DNA of 64,000 bases from Nitrospinales bacterium (lineage in GTDB: Bacteria; Nitrospinota; Nitrospinia; Nitrospinales; VA-1): contig CBDCXL010000002.1 in the NCBI GenBank assembly GCA_965223795.1, positions 2,656,001 to 2,720,000 on the forward strand, in the 5' to 3' direction. Positions 1 to 10,140 of the stretch are shown here, in pieces. Under the pieces are notes generated by a model. The model was not told the DNA's origin. It did no database searches and saw only the letters and a list, made by a program, of their open reading frames with translations. The number at the start of each line of letters is the position of its first letter. Positions within the stretch are counted from its first letter, which is position 1. The translations under genes were made by a program, and so were the position numbers.

Positions 1-637
1 AGCCGCGTTCCCGGTCGACGACCACGTCTTTCGAGATGTTGGTCATCTGCAGACCGAGCCCGAAGGACACGGCGTTCTGCCGGAGTGTGGCCTCGGCGTC
101 TTTGGAAATGCCGGGCATGTGCAGCAGAAACAGGTTGCACAGCATCTCCCCCACGGCTCCCGCGACGAAGTAGCAGTATTCCTCAAGTTCCTCTTCGTTC
201 TTCAAGGGAACGAGACCGCCGCGGTGGAAGCGTTTTTGAAAATACGCCATCCCCATCGCCATCTGCGAGACGGAATGGACGATCTTTTCCCTGTGGCTTT
301 CGGGCAGCGCGTCGAACACGCGAAACACGCGCTGGTTCTGAGCGATCAGGTCGAGATCCTGGGGGCTGCCGTCCACCTTGCGGCAGTCTTCGATCCATTG
401 GCCGAGATGTTTGCCGCGGTGGGCGGGGTCCTGGATGAGGCGGGCGAACTCCAGCAGCAGCTGGATCTTGAGCCTCGGGTCGAGTTTCGACGCGTCCTCG
501 ACCGTGTCGATGGTGCGGCAGAACAGGTAGGCGGTGAGCACGCTGCGGTGCAACCCGCCTCTCAGGACGGCGATGTTCAGCGCGAAGGTTCTGCTGACTT
601 TAGGCAGTGTGTCGAGACAGTATTTCCAGTCGTCCAT
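1..637 (-). CDS. Squalene/phytoene synthase family protein (squalene synthase-like), running off the window edge
   Basis: Not in the ORF track. Manual translation from the ATG at 637: MDDWKYCLDTLPKVSRTFALNI...AYLFCRTIDTVED...LEEYCYFVAGAVGEML...FGLGLQMTNISKDVVVDRERG. Shows the VSRxFA flap, DTVED, YCxxVAG and LQxTNIxxD motifs. Confidence 0.9.
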   Translation of the reverse strand, partial: MDDWKYCLDTLPKVSRTFALNIAVLRGGLHRSVLTAYLFCRTIDTVEDASKLDPRLKIQLLLEFARLIQDPAHRGKHLGQWIEDCRKVDGSPQDLDLIAQNQRVFRVFDALPESHREKIVHSVSQMAMGMAYFQKRFHRGGLVPLKNEEELEEYCYFVAGAVGEMLCNLFLLHMPGISKDAEATLRQNAVSFGLGLQMTNISKDVVVDRERG

Positions 638-798
638 GATGCAACCCGATCGCAAAACGAACGCAGCAAACGCCGCCGTTTTGGGCGTCCCGGAATCGGG
701 ACCGCCCGGACCGTTCCAGTTCAGGGTGATTCCGGCATCTTAACACGAAACAGGAGGGAACCCAGCGTTTCCACCAGGATGAAAGCCGATGGCACGGG

Positions 799-1698
799 TC
801 AAAGCGGGGACCCGGAAGGCACCGGCCCGGAATTCAGTTTTTTCATCTCCTGGGCGATTTTCAGGATCTCGTCGTGCACCTCGTTGATCACGTTCTCCGG
901 GGTGCTGGTGCCGGCGGTGATGCCGACGTGCTTTTTGTTCTGAAACCAGGTCCGGTTGAGCTGGGACGAGGACTCGATGTGGTGCGATTCGATCTTTTTG
1001 GCGTCGCAGACCTGCACCAGCTTCTTCGTGTTCGAGGAGTTGTAGCCGCCGATCACGATCATCAGGTCCACCTGGTCGGCCAGCTCCCAGACGGCGACCT
1101 GGCGGTCGCGCGTGGGCTGGCAGATGGTGTTGACGAAAGACACTTCGTCGACGCAGTCCATCTCGCGGATCTTTTTCACCAGCGCCTCGACCTTGTCCAC
1201 CTGCTGGGTGGTCTGGCTGACGATGCCCAGTTTGCGTTTGCCGCGGTCTTTGATCTTGACGAGGTCTTCTTCATTGTTGACGACGAGGTAATCCTCCAGG
1301 TCGCCGACGATCCCCTTGACCTCGACGTGGTCCTTCTGGCCGATGACCACCGGAAAATAATTTTTCTGCACCAGCGACTTGATCGTCTTGTGGACCCGCA
1401 TGACGAGCGGACAGCTGGCGTCGTAAACGATGAACCCTGCTTCCAGGAGCTTGTGCTTGGTCTTGTCGGCGGCGCCGTGGGCGGTGATCATCACCTTTTT
1501 GGTGGTGATCTTTTCGATCTCCTCGATGCCGGCCACCAGGGAGACGCCGTTTTGCTTTAACGATTCGTTGACCTGCGGATTGTGGACCAGCTGCCCGATG
1601 ATGGTGAGATCCGAGCGAAATTCCGGAGCCATGGCCAGGTTGATGGCGTCCTGGACTCCGAAGCAGGTACCGAGAGCACTCGCGAGGGAAACTTTCAT
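799..1698 (-). CDS. ispH: 4-hydroxy-3-methylbut-2-enyl diphosphate reductase
   Basis: CFGV, VHN, AHG, DASCPLV, HVEV, QTT, TICQPTRDRQ, SSNT and GITAGTSTP motifs. Confidence 0.95.
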   Translation of the reverse strand: MKVSLASALGTCFGVQDAINLAMAPEFRSDLTIIGQLVHNPQVNESLKQNGVSLVAGIEEIEKITTKKVMITAHGAADKTKHKLLEAGFIVYDASCPLVMRVHKTIKSLVQKNYFPVVIGQKDHVEVKGIVGDLEDYLVVNNEEDLVKIKDRGKRKLGIVSQTTQQVDKVEALVKKIREMDCVDEVSFVNTICQPTRDRQVAVWELADQVDLMIVIGGYNSSNTKKLVQVCDAKKIESHHIESSSQLNRTWFQNKKHVGITAGTSTPENVINEVHDEILKIAQEMKKLNSGPVPSGSPL

Positions 1699-1802
1699 TG
1701 TCGTGTCCTTTTCGATGGGATTCGCCCTTTCCTGCAGTAGAGAGACATTGAGACAATCAATCTCACATCATAGCAAAAGCTCAGGAGCATTGAAAGCCCG
1801 GT

Positions 1803-2555
1803 TCATTTGAGCACCCAGTTTTTCAGCATCTGCCAGGAGGTCTGGCGGCCGATGTCGGCGATCGACTCGGTCAGCGGGATGTTTTTCGGGCACACTTCCA
1901 CGCACACCTGGGCGTTGCCGCAGTCGGCGATCCCGCCTTCCCCCATGAGGGTTTCGAGCCGTTCCTCTTTGTTCATGGCGCCTGTGGGGTGCAGGTTGAA
2001 CAGGCGGACCTGGCTGAAGGTCGCCGCGCCCATGAAATCGTTGTCTTTGGTGAACTGCGGGCAGGCCTCCAGGCAGCAGCCGCAGGTCATGCACTCGGAG
2101 AGCACGTAGCGCTTGGCGCGGATCTGGTCGGAGATGACCGGGCCCTCGCCGATGTCGTGGGTGCCGTCGATGTCGATCCAGGCCTTCACCTTTTTCAGGT
2201 TTTTGAACATGCGGGTGCGGTCCACCTGCAGGTCGCGCACCACCGGAAACTTGGACATCGGTTCGAGCTGGACCGGCTGCTCGAGCTGGTCGATCAGCGC
2301 CGTGCAGGACTGGCGCACCTTGCCGTTCACCAGCATGGTGCAGGAGCCGCACACTTCCTCCAGGCAGTTGCAATCCCAGGTGACCGGGTTCACGGTTTTG
2401 CCGTCGGCGGTGACCGGGTTTTTCTGGATGCTCTGCAGACAGGAAACCACGTTGGCGAACGGTTTGTGCGGGACGGTGAATTCCTCCCAGTAGGGGGCCG
2501 TCTTGGGCGTGTCCTGCCGCTTGATTTTGAGGGTGACGGTTTTATTGGCGTCCAT
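1803..2555 (-). CDS. sdhB: Succinate dehydrogenase/fumarate reductase iron-sulfur subunit
   Basis: C-terminal part of the 811-aa ORF, starting at MDANKTV (ATG at 2555). Fe-S motifs CLEEVCGSC..C, CMTCGCCLEACP and CGNAQVCVEVCP. Confidence 0.93.
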   Translation of the reverse strand: MDANKTVTLKIKRQDTPKTAPYWEEFTVPHKPFANVVSCLQSIQKNPVTADGKTVNPVTWDCNCLEEVCGSCTMLVNGKVRQSCTALIDQLEQPVQLEPMSKFPVVRDLQVDRTRMFKNLKKVKAWIDIDGTHDIGEGPVISDQIRAKRYVLSECMTCGCCLEACPQFTKDNDFMGAATFSQVRLFNLHPTGAMNKEERLETLMGEGGIADCGNAQVCVEVCPKNIPLTESIADIGRQTSWQMLKNWVLK

Positions 2556-2557
2556 GA

Positions 2558-4498
2558 TCAGTCGTACTTTCTCGGCCGGGGCGCGACGAGGGAGGTGTCC
2601 ACCTCTTCGTAGGTGATCTCCGGCTGGTTGTTTTTGTATCGGGCGATGGTGGTGTTGAGCCAGTTTTTGTTGTTTTCCTCGAAACGCTGGATGTAGTCCA
2701 GATGGTCCGGCGCGATGCCCTGCTCGGCGGCCTCGCCGTAGTTTTTCTTCTCGACGTAGTCGATGTACTCGTGCGGATCGAATTTTTTGGGCTGGATCAG
2801 GTCGAAGTCGGGTTTGTAATGCGCGCCGCGGCATTCGTCGCGCATCAGCGCGCCGCGGGTGATGATCTTGGACAGCTGGATCATGCAGTAGAGCTGGTTG
2901 ATGAAGCTGAACGTGGGATTGGCCCAGTCGCTGGAATCGACGCAGCGCACGTTGCTGAAGCGCGACTCGATCTCGTCGATGGCGTGGACGGTTTTTTCCA
3001 GCGTCTTGTTGTCGCGCACGATGAGCACGTTGGCCATCATCAGATCGCCCAGTTCCTGATGCAGTTTGTACGGATTTTCGCTGCCGTTCATCTTCTTGAT
3101 GGCGGCGAAGCGCTCCACCCAGTAGGTGCGCGCGCCGTCGAACACGCTGGAGGCGATGTCCTCGACCGCATGGCTCAGGTTCTCGGTGTGGCTGAGCACC
3201 CCCGGCGCCATCATGATGCCGGTGTAGATGCAGCTCAAAAGCGAGTTGGCGCCCAGGCGGTTGGCGCCGTGGAACTGGTAGTCGGCCTCGCCGGCGGCGT
3301 ACAGCCCCTGGATGGAGGTCATCTGGTTGCGCGGCGAGGCGTGGTCGATCAGGCCGCGGCTGTCGGGCGCGAAATCGGTCCACAGGCCGCCCATGGAGTA
3401 GTGGACGGCGGGGAAGATCTTCATCGGCACTTCGCGCGGGTCGTCGCCGGTGAATTTTTTGTAGATGTCGATGATGCCGCCCAGCCTGTCGTCGAGGTAC
3501 TCCTTGGATTTGTGGGTCAGGTCCAGGTAGACCATGGGTTCGCCGCCGATGCCGAGGTTCTGGTTGTAGACGATTTCGTAGATTTCGCGCGACGCCACGT
3601 CGCGCGGCACCAGGTTGCCGTACTGCGGGTACTTTTCCTCGAGAAAGTACAAGCGTTCGCCTTCCGGGATGGCCTGCGGCAGCCGTTTGTCGAAGCGCTT
3701 GCGCGGCACCCAGATGCGACCGCCTTCGCCGCGCGCCGATTCGCTCATCAGGCGCAGCTTGTCCTGTCCCGGAATGGCGGTGGGGTGGATCTGGATGAAC
3801 TCGCCGTTGGCGTATTTGGCCCCCTGCAGGTAGGCCATGGTGGCGGCGGCGCCGGTGTTCACGGTGGAGGCGGTGGAGCGGGCGTAGACCTGGCTGGGGC
3901 CGCCGGTGGCGAGGATCACCGCGTCTCCGGCGAGGGAGAAGATCTCGTTGGTGCGCAGATCGTGGATGATGGCGCCGCGGCAGACGCCCTGGCCGTCGAG
4001 CACCGCTCCCAGGTATTCGTGCCACTCCATCGTCTGCACCCGGCCGTCGTGCTCGTGCCGGCGCACCTGCTCGTCCAGGGCGTACACCAGCTGCTGGCCG
4101 GTGGTGGCGCCGGCGAACGCGGTGCGCGAGTACAGGGTGCCGCCGAAGCGGCGGAATTCGAGGTGCCCTTCCTTGGAGCGGTTGAAGGCGACGCCCATGC
4201 GGTCGAGAAGGTGGATGATCGCCGGGGCCTGGTGGCACATGTCACGCACCAGAGGCTGCTGGGCGAGGAAATCGCCGCCGCGGATGGTGTCGAAGAAATG
4301 TTTTTCCGGCGAGTCGCCCTCGTCCTTGGCGTCCATGGCGGCGTTGATCCCGCCCTGGGCGCAGACCGAGTGGGAGCGCTTGAGGGACTGGTAGGCGACG
4401 AGGATCACTTCCGCGTTCATCTCGCACAGCTTCATGGCGGCGGACAGGCCGCCCAGGCCGCCGCCGACGATGATGATGCGTTTTCTCCGTCGGGCCAT
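2558..4498 (-). CDS. sdhA: Succinate dehydrogenase/fumarate reductase flavoprotein subunit
   Basis: Starts MARRRKRIIIVGGGLGG. Contains RSHSVCAQGG (covalent-FAD His), FIQIHPT, SESARGEGG, HYSMGG and HGANRLGANSL. Confidence 0.95.
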   Translation of the reverse strand: MARRRKRIIIVGGGLGGLSAAMKLCEMNAEVILVAYQSLKRSHSVCAQGGINAAMDAKDEGDSPEKHFFDTIRGGDFLAQQPLVRDMCHQAPAIIHLLDRMGVAFNRSKEGHLEFRRFGGTLYSRTAFAGATTGQQLVYALDEQVRRHEHDGRVQTMEWHEYLGAVLDGQGVCRGAIIHDLRTNEIFSLAGDAVILATGGPSQVYARSTASTVNTGAAATMAYLQGAKYANGEFIQIHPTAIPGQDKLRLMSESARGEGGRIWVPRKRFDKRLPQAIPEGERLYFLEEKYPQYGNLVPRDVASREIYEIVYNQNLGIGGEPMVYLDLTHKSKEYLDDRLGGIIDIYKKFTGDDPREVPMKIFPAVHYSMGGLWTDFAPDSRGLIDHASPRNQMTSIQGLYAAGEADYQFHGANRLGANSLLSCIYTGIMMAPGVLSHTENLSHAVEDIASSVFDGARTYWVERFAAIKKMNGSENPYKLHQELGDLMMANVLIVRDNKTLEKTVHAIDEIESRFSNVRCVDSSDWANPTFSFINQLYCMIQLSKIITRGALMRDECRGAHYKPDFDLIQPKKFDPHEYIDYVEKKNYGEAAEQGIAPDHLDYIQRFEENNKNWLNTTIARYKNNQPEITYEEVDTSLVAPRPRKYD

Positions 4499-4500
4499 GC

Positions 4501-5178
4501 TCACCCTCCCTCTGTGGCGGTGACGGGCACCGGGTGCAGGGAAAATTCCAGCACCGTGGCGAATCCCAAAAGGACCAGGCCCAGCCCCACCAGCGTGAAC
4601 AGGATGCTGGCGTTGCGCTGCGCGGTGCGGCCGATGATGATTCCCCAGGACATGCAGAATCCCCACAGGCCGTTGCCAAAATGAAACGCCGCCGCGGCGA
4701 TGCCGATCAGGTACAGAATGCGGCCGGTCCAGCCGCCGAATTGCGAATTGAGGATGTCGATCAGAAACGGCGCCGCGTCGAACCCGGTTTTACCGTAGAG
4801 CAGTTTGGGCACGACCGTGGTGCCCATGTGGTAGATCAGAAACATGAACACGATGACGCCGGTGATGCGCTGCCAAAGGTACATCCAGTTTCTCGGATAA
4901 CGGTAGCGCAGCACATTGGGCCTGCCGGTGAAGGTGATGTAAAACCCCATGAACGAATGGATGAGCAGGGGAATGTAGATGAACAGGATCTCGATACCCA
5001 AAAGAAAGGGCAGGTTGTTGATCACGTCGATGCTCAGCTGGTACTGCCAGGCTCCGACCGTGCGCAGGGAGTTGACGGCCAGGTGAAACACCAGAAACAC
5101 GCCGACGGGCACGATTCCGGTCAGGGAATGGATTTTGAGCAGGAGAAAGTGGATCTGATCTTTAGAGCGTTTATCCAT
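4501..5178 (-). CDS. sdhC: Succinate dehydrogenase cytochrome b subunit (single Bacillus-type membrane anchor)
   Basis: About five TM helices, HSLTG, QRITG and several membrane His residues. First gene of the sdhCAB operon. Confidence 0.9.
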   Translation of the reverse strand: MDKRSKDQIHFLLLKIHSLTGIVPVGVFLVFHLAVNSLRTVGAWQYQLSIDVINNLPFLLGIEILFIYIPLLIHSFMGFYITFTGRPNVLRYRYPRNWMYLWQRITGVIVFMFLIYHMGTTVVPKLLYGKTGFDAAPFLIDILNSQFGGWTGRILYLIGIAAAAFHFGNGLWGFCMSWGIIIGRTAQRNASILFTLVGLGLVLLGFATVLEFSLHPVPVTATEGG

Positions 5179-5431
5179 AAATCCGTGGCGCGGCAGCCGC
5201 CTTGTGAGGGAGGCGGTCGTCCGGATTGAATCAGCAGGAACCCGCCCGGCGTTTCATTCGGACAGAGGCGCGCGGGCTGAGAACTGGAGCGTGCAACGGG
5301 AAGCGTGCACGGAATCGGAAAAGCCATGCGGATTCCGGCGCACATTCATTTTGATTCAAAATGGACGTATAAACAAGGATATTCAGTAAACGGAAATGAA
5401 TCGGAATGCGTTTGCCGCTATCGGGCGGGAA

Positions 5432-5707
5432 TTAAAAATCGTATTCCAGAAGCGGGCGCTCTTTGAAGCCGGGGTCGATGGGTTTGTCGTCCGGGCCGAT
5501 TTTCAGATTCTCCGGATTCTGCACGAACAGATCCACGAATCCGCATTTGCCGCAGACTTTGGGCTGGAGCGGGACCTTCTTCTCGACGCCGTGGTCCCGG
5601 CGCACTACCATGATGAGTTCCAGGTCCTTGCTGGTCCTGAGTCCGATATCGCCTTTGGCGATGCCTTGTTCTCCGCATCGGGCGCAAACGTCGGTGTCTT
5701 TTCCCAT
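5432..5707 (-). CDS. Small zinc-ribbon protein, hypothetical
   Basis: 91 aa with CARC and CGKCG pairs; GAGG upstream of the ATG. Confidence 0.7.
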   Translation of the reverse strand: MGKDTDVCARCGEQGIAKGDIGLRTSKDLELIMVVRRDHGVEKKVPLQPKVCGKCGFVDLFVQNPENLKIGPDDKPIDPGFKERPLLEYDF

Positions 5708-5755
5708 GGCCTCGTCCTGAAAAGAAATTTACGTTTAAGGTCTGCAGCAGCGGGC

Positions 5756-5804
5756 AAAAAAAACGCCTTTCTCCCTGGTATTATAACACCATTGGAGAAA
5801 GGCG
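5756..5804 (-). terminator. Intrinsic terminator downstream of the HU gene
   Basis: Stem cgcctttctcc/ggagaaaggcg followed by a T8 run on the minus strand. Confidence 0.6.
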
Positions 5805-5820
5805 CGTTGCGGAGTGCGGA

Positions 5821-6201
5821 TTATTTCGTCAACGGCATCGACTGGGGCACGCCGTGAACGGAGCTGTAGGTGCGGTCTTCCTTCACGCGCTTGGAAGGGC
5901 TGGAAGAAGCGCCGCCCTCGGAGTCGTCGCGGTTGATGAGTTCCCGGAGTTCCTTGCCGGGATGAAATACGGGTTTTTTGCGCAAGGGCAAATAGAGCGG
6001 TTCGCCGGTGATGGGCTTTTTGGCCACACGGGCTTTGTGTTCATTGATCCGGAACGAGCCGAATCCCTGGACCACCACACGGCCCTCTTTCTCGAGGTTC
6101 TGCATGATGGCGTCCAAAAAGGCGGTCAGGTATTTGTCCGCTTCCTTTTTGGAGACATTCATTCTCAAGGACAATTTCGTGGTCAAATCAGATCGGGTCA
6201 T
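5821..6201 (-). CDS. HU/IHF family DNA-binding protein
   Basis: MTRSDL...GRVVVQGFGSF...ARVAKKPITGE...PVFHPGKELRELIN, plus a C-terminal extension. Confidence 0.9.
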   Translation of the reverse strand: MTRSDLTTKLSLRMNVSKKEADKYLTAFLDAIMQNLEKEGRVVVQGFGSFRINEHKARVAKKPITGEPLYLPLRKKPVFHPGKELRELINRDDSEGGASSSPSKRVKEDRTYSSVHGVPQSMPLTK

Positions 6202-6681
6202 TGTACGCTGCCTCCCCCCCAAAGTTGTGGTTTTGAAGATATGACAGGAAAGGGGAGCAAGAATCAGGCCAAAGCTTGCCAGGGTCATGTAAATCTATAT
6301 ATTTCAAATTCTTAATGAACTTTCAGTAAATCCCGGCCCTTCAACGGTTTGCGATTTTTGTCAACATTAGTGTCCACATCTGTGCACAAATATGACCGAA
6401 ATTTCGGCTCTCCAAAATTATGGATATTTCAGCAGTTGGCCGCCGCAAGCGGGGCCGTCCCGGATACCGGGGATGCGGAGAAGGGCATTGAATTGAGTGG
6501 GTTGGGGGCGGAGGAGGGGGATGAAACCCGCCGGATTCCCTGTTTTGCATGCCCAATTATTTAAAATTTCGCTTTATTTCCGCCTAAAGAATCCCGTACA
6601 ATAAACCGCCATTTTTACTAGAAGTCCCGGTAAAACGGCTGTTTGGGGACATCACTGAACCGAACCACGGGGAGAAAGAAC

Positions 6682-8358
6682 GTGAAAAGGAAGAATGGAG
6701 CCGTGCTGGTCTTAGCGATCTTCCTTACGGGGATCGTGGCCTGGGGAGAGGCGAACGCGGAAAACGCCTCGGAGGTCATCTTCCAGGCCTTTCACGAAGA
6801 AATGAATCGCTCATTGCGGGATCTTAAAACAGAGGATTTCCCGGCACCTTATTATATCAATTACCAGATCCGTCACAACCGCCACGTCGAAGTGACGGGC
6901 AGCCTGGGCGCCCTGGTGGATTCCAGGGAAGAGGAAAAGCGCCACCTGTTCGTGGACGTGCGGGTGGGCAATCCGAAATTCGACAGCTCCACGCCGGGCA
7001 GCCACGATCACAACGTGCGGCAGCTGATTCCGCTCGACAACGACCTCAAGTCGCTCAAGCGCGCACTCTGGTATGAAACGGACATCCGCTACAAGCAGGC
7101 GGTGATGAACCTGCTGCGCAAAAAAGGCCGCCGGTTCAGCGGCGTGGAGTCGTTCACGCTGGCCAATTTCTCCAGCGGCAACGCGCCCACGGTGCGCGTC
7201 GATGCGGTGGAGCCGGTGCAGGTCGATGTGTCCGCGTGGGAGGACACGGTGCGCCGGGTCTCCGAGCGTTTCACCCGATACCCGGGTATCGAAAAATCCA
7301 GCGTCCGCATCGCCTTCGACCGCAACCTGCGGTATTACCTCGACTCGGAAGGCAACCGCATCGAGGACGGCCAGCACCATTACAAGGTGGTGCTGGAAAC
7401 CTGGACCAAATCCGATTCCGGATCGCAGATCCACGACCAGGACACGATCTATTTTTCCTCGCCGGAGAATTTCCCTTCAGAACATGAATTGAACGCGCGC
7501 GCCGATGCGCTGATGGAAGAGACGCAATCGCTGCGCAAAGCGCCGCGCATGGAACCCTACGTCGGGCCCGCGGTGTTCAGCCCGGAAGCGGCGGCGGTGC
7601 TGTTCCACGAGGCGATCGGTCACAGGCTGGAAGGGGACCGGCTGCGGCTGTCCAGCGACGGCAAGACCTTCATCCGCAAGATCGGCCGGCAGATCCTGCC
7701 GTCGTTCGTGAACGTGATCGACGACCCGAGGATGCGGCAGTCCTTCGGTGAAGACCTGCTGGGGCATTACCTGTACGACGATCAGGGGCAGAAAAGCGAG
7801 CAAGTGGTGCTGGTGGAAAAAGGCGTGCTGAAAAACTTCCTGCTCTCGCGCACGCCGGTGGCCGGGTTCAGCCGGTCGAACGGGCACGGCAGAAGCGACG
7901 GCGTCAAGTACCCGTTTTCCAGAATGGGCAACGTCATCGTGCGTTCGGACAAGACGCTGGACGCGGATGCGCTGAAGCGGAGCCTGCTTGAGGAAGTGCG
8001 CCGGCAGAACAAGCCCTACGGGCTGATGATCCGCAAAATGATCAGCGGCGAAACGATCACCGACACGAAGCAGTTTCAGGTGTTCAAGGGCAAGCCGCTG
8101 ACGCTGTACAAGGTCTACCCCGACGGCCGCGAGGAACTGGTGCGCGGCGTGGAGTTCGTGGGGACGCCGCTGTCCATGATCAGCAAGATCATCGCGATGG
8201 GGGACGACCTCACCGTCACCAACGGGTTCTGCGTCGCCGAGTCGGGAGCGGTGCCGGTTTCCAGCCAGACGGCGAGCATCCTGCTTTCGGAGGTGGAGCT
8301 GCAGACCGCGCACGAGGTGCCGCTGCGCAAGCCGATCCTCAACCCGCCGCCGCTTTAA
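6682..8358 (+). CDS. TldD/PmbA family metalloprotease with N-terminal signal peptide
   Basis: LFHEAIGHRLEG (HExxxH), YDDQG, SNGHGR and NGFC motifs. GTG start after GGAG; signal peptide ends EANA. Confidence 0.85.
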   Translation: MKRKNGAVLVLAIFLTGIVAWGEANAENASEVIFQAFHEEMNRSLRDLKTEDFPAPYYINYQIRHNRHVEVTGSLGALVDSREEEKRHLFVDVRVGNPKFDSSTPGSHDHNVRQLIPLDNDLKSLKRALWYETDIRYKQAVMNLLRKKGRRFSGVESFTLANFSSGNAPTVRVDAVEPVQVDVSAWEDTVRRVSERFTRYPGIEKSSVRIAFDRNLRYYLDSEGNRIEDGQHHYKVVLETWTKSDSGSQIHDQDTIYFSSPENFPSEHELNARADALMEETQSLRKAPRMEPYVGPAVFSPEAAAVLFHEAIGHRLEGDRLRLSSDGKTFIRKIGRQILPSFVNVIDDPRMRQSFGEDLLGHYLYDDQGQKSEQVVLVEKGVLKNFLLSRTPVAGFSRSNGHGRSDGVKYPFSRMGNVIVRSDKTLDADALKRSLLEEVRRQNKPYGLMIRKMISGETITDTKQFQVFKGKPLTLYKVYPDGREELVRGVEFVGTPLSMISKIIAMGDDLTVTNGFCVAESGAVPVSSQTASILLSEVELQTAHEVPLRKPILNPPPL

Positions 8359-8543
8359 ACACAAATACACCAACCGGATGCGGCGTGCGCGCCGCACTTC
8401 CGGCGGGCGTGGGCTCCCGTTGTTCCGGAGCCGCCAAAATAAAATGCCCCCCGCCTCTGGCCCGCCGGTTCGATCCGGCCTATATTGAAGACAACATCTC
8501 AAACCCTCCGGTCCTCACAAACCTTCTTATAAGGAGGATGGCC

Positions 8544-8927
8544 ATGAGGGAACGCATTCGCATGAGTTTCGCCCTGATCTTCTTCGCAGCCGTGGTCTTC
8601 GCCTGGGTTCCGGCGGCCGCGGAAGTGCCACCGGAAGACAAGGAACTGATCAACGGTACGCTCATCCTGCATCCGGGGATGTCGGGAAGCTGCCAGAACG
8701 ATTTCATCGTCGAGAACCTGAACGCCGATGAGGCCGAACTCAAACTGGTGCTGGGCGAGGAGGAATTCCTCAAGGACCGCATCGACGGCAAGAAAGCCAA
8801 AGCCTACGGTCTCAAGGACACGCTTTCCACCGCCTTCATCCAGGGGAAACAGGTCCGGCCGGACGACATCGCCACGATCCTGAACGTCGGCGACAAATCC
8901 AACCTCCGGCTGCATTGCATGGAATGA
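8544..8927 (+). CDS. Secreted hypothetical protein
   Basis: AAGGAGG RBS, signal peptide ending PAAA, two Cys residues, downstream terminator. Confidence 0.75.
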   Translation: MRERIRMSFALIFFAAVVFAWVPAAAEVPPEDKELINGTLILHPGMSGSCQNDFIVENLNADEAELKLVLGEEEFLKDRIDGKKAKAYGLKDTLSTAFIQGKQVRPDDIATILNVGDKSNLRLHCME

Positions 8928-8968
8928 GCCGGCGGAACACGAATAATTTTGAAAACCCGATCAGGAAG

Positions 8969-9000
8969 CCGGGGACGCAGCGCGTCCCCGGTATTTTTAT
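8969..9000 (+). terminator. Intrinsic terminator
   Basis: Stem ccggggacgc/gcgtccccgg followed by tatttttat. Confidence 0.65.
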
Positions 9001-9021
9001 GGCCCTGCAACAAGGTGATTC

Positions 9022-9963
9022 GTGCTGAACCGCATCGTCGTCTACCTCACCCATCCCCACGTGGACACCTGGAACTTCAAGCCCGAGCACTGCGAGATCC
9101 TGCAGGACGCGGCGCCGGGGCTGGACGTGGACGTGTGCTACCGCTCGGCGGAATTTCTCGAACTGCTGCCGGAAGCGGAGGCGGTGGGGGTGTGGTACTT
9201 CAAGAAAGAGTGGCTGAAGCACGCGCCGAATCTTAAGCTCATCGCCACGCCCGCGGCGGGCAAAGACTGGATCGACGTGGAAGAGAGTGAAAAACTCGTT
9301 ATCTCGCACGGCGGTTTCCACGGGCCGATGATGGCCGAGTCGGTGGCCGGGGCGGTGTTTTACTTTCTCAAAGCGTTCAGACAGAGCGCCGGGTTTCAGA
9401 AGCAGAAAAAATGGGCGCTCAAAAAAATCTCAGACCAACTGGGAACGCTGTACCAGGCGCAGGTGACGATTCTGGGATTTGGCCGCATCGGGCAAATCAT
9501 CGGCCGCGCCCTCAAGCCGTTCGGCTGCCAGATCGCCGGGATCAAACGCACACCCGTCGCACCGCCGGATTATTTCACCGAAGGCGACCGCATCGTCACC
9601 GATGCAGATTTCACCGACGTGTTGAGAGAGACCAACCACCTCGTCGTCGTGCTGCCCGGCGGCGCGGGCACCGACGGAATTCTCACGTGCGAGCATTTCC
9701 GCGCGCTGTCCGACACGGCGTATCTCTACAACGTGGGGCGCGGCAATCCCTATCAAGAACGCGATCTCGTGGAGGCGCTCAAAAACGGCGAGCTGGCGGG
9801 CGCGTACCTCGACGTGTTCGAAACCGAACCGCTGCCGGAAACCTCCGCCCTCTGGGGCATGGACAACGTGCTCATCCAGCCGCACCTCTCCGCCGCGGCA
9901 CCGCAGTACCTCGAACTGTTCGCCCGCGAGTTGGGGGAGAAGATTAAAAATGGGGAGGTGTAG
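9022..9963 (+). CDS. D-isomer-specific 2-hydroxyacid dehydrogenase
   Basis: ILGFGRIG, NVGRG, AYLDVFETEPLP and QPHLS motifs. Confidence 0.92.
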   Translation: MLNRIVVYLTHPHVDTWNFKPEHCEILQDAAPGLDVDVCYRSAEFLELLPEAEAVGVWYFKKEWLKHAPNLKLIATPAAGKDWIDVEESEKLVISHGGFHGPMMAESVAGAVFYFLKAFRQSAGFQKQKKWALKKISDQLGTLYQAQVTILGFGRIGQIIGRALKPFGCQIAGIKRTPVAPPDYFTEGDRIVTDADFTDVLRETNHLVVVLPGGAGTDGILTCEHFRALSDTAYLYNVGRGNPYQERDLVEALKNGELAGAYLDVFETEPLPETSALWGMDNVLIQPHLSAAAPQYLELFARELGEKIKNGEV

Positions 9964-10140
9964 CTGTACTTGATCGCTAATTGTTGTAAAGTTCGGATTT
10001 ACAACGATTTATTATTGTTCTCACTTGCGTTTTTCTTTGTTTTTTAAAGACCTTTTCTTTGCTTGCGCTCATATTCGGAATTGCGAAGTTAAACCAGAGA
10101 ATAGTATTGTAGTGTGATGTAACATTTTGATACACTGCTT

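Noticed and set aside
2556..4238. N-terminal 560 aa of the 811-aa ORF
   Set aside because: Out-of-frame shadow of sdhA; the real sdhB starts at 2555.
6369..6390. DnaA-box-like sequences upstream of the HU gene
   Set aside because: Only two degenerate matches and no oriC context.
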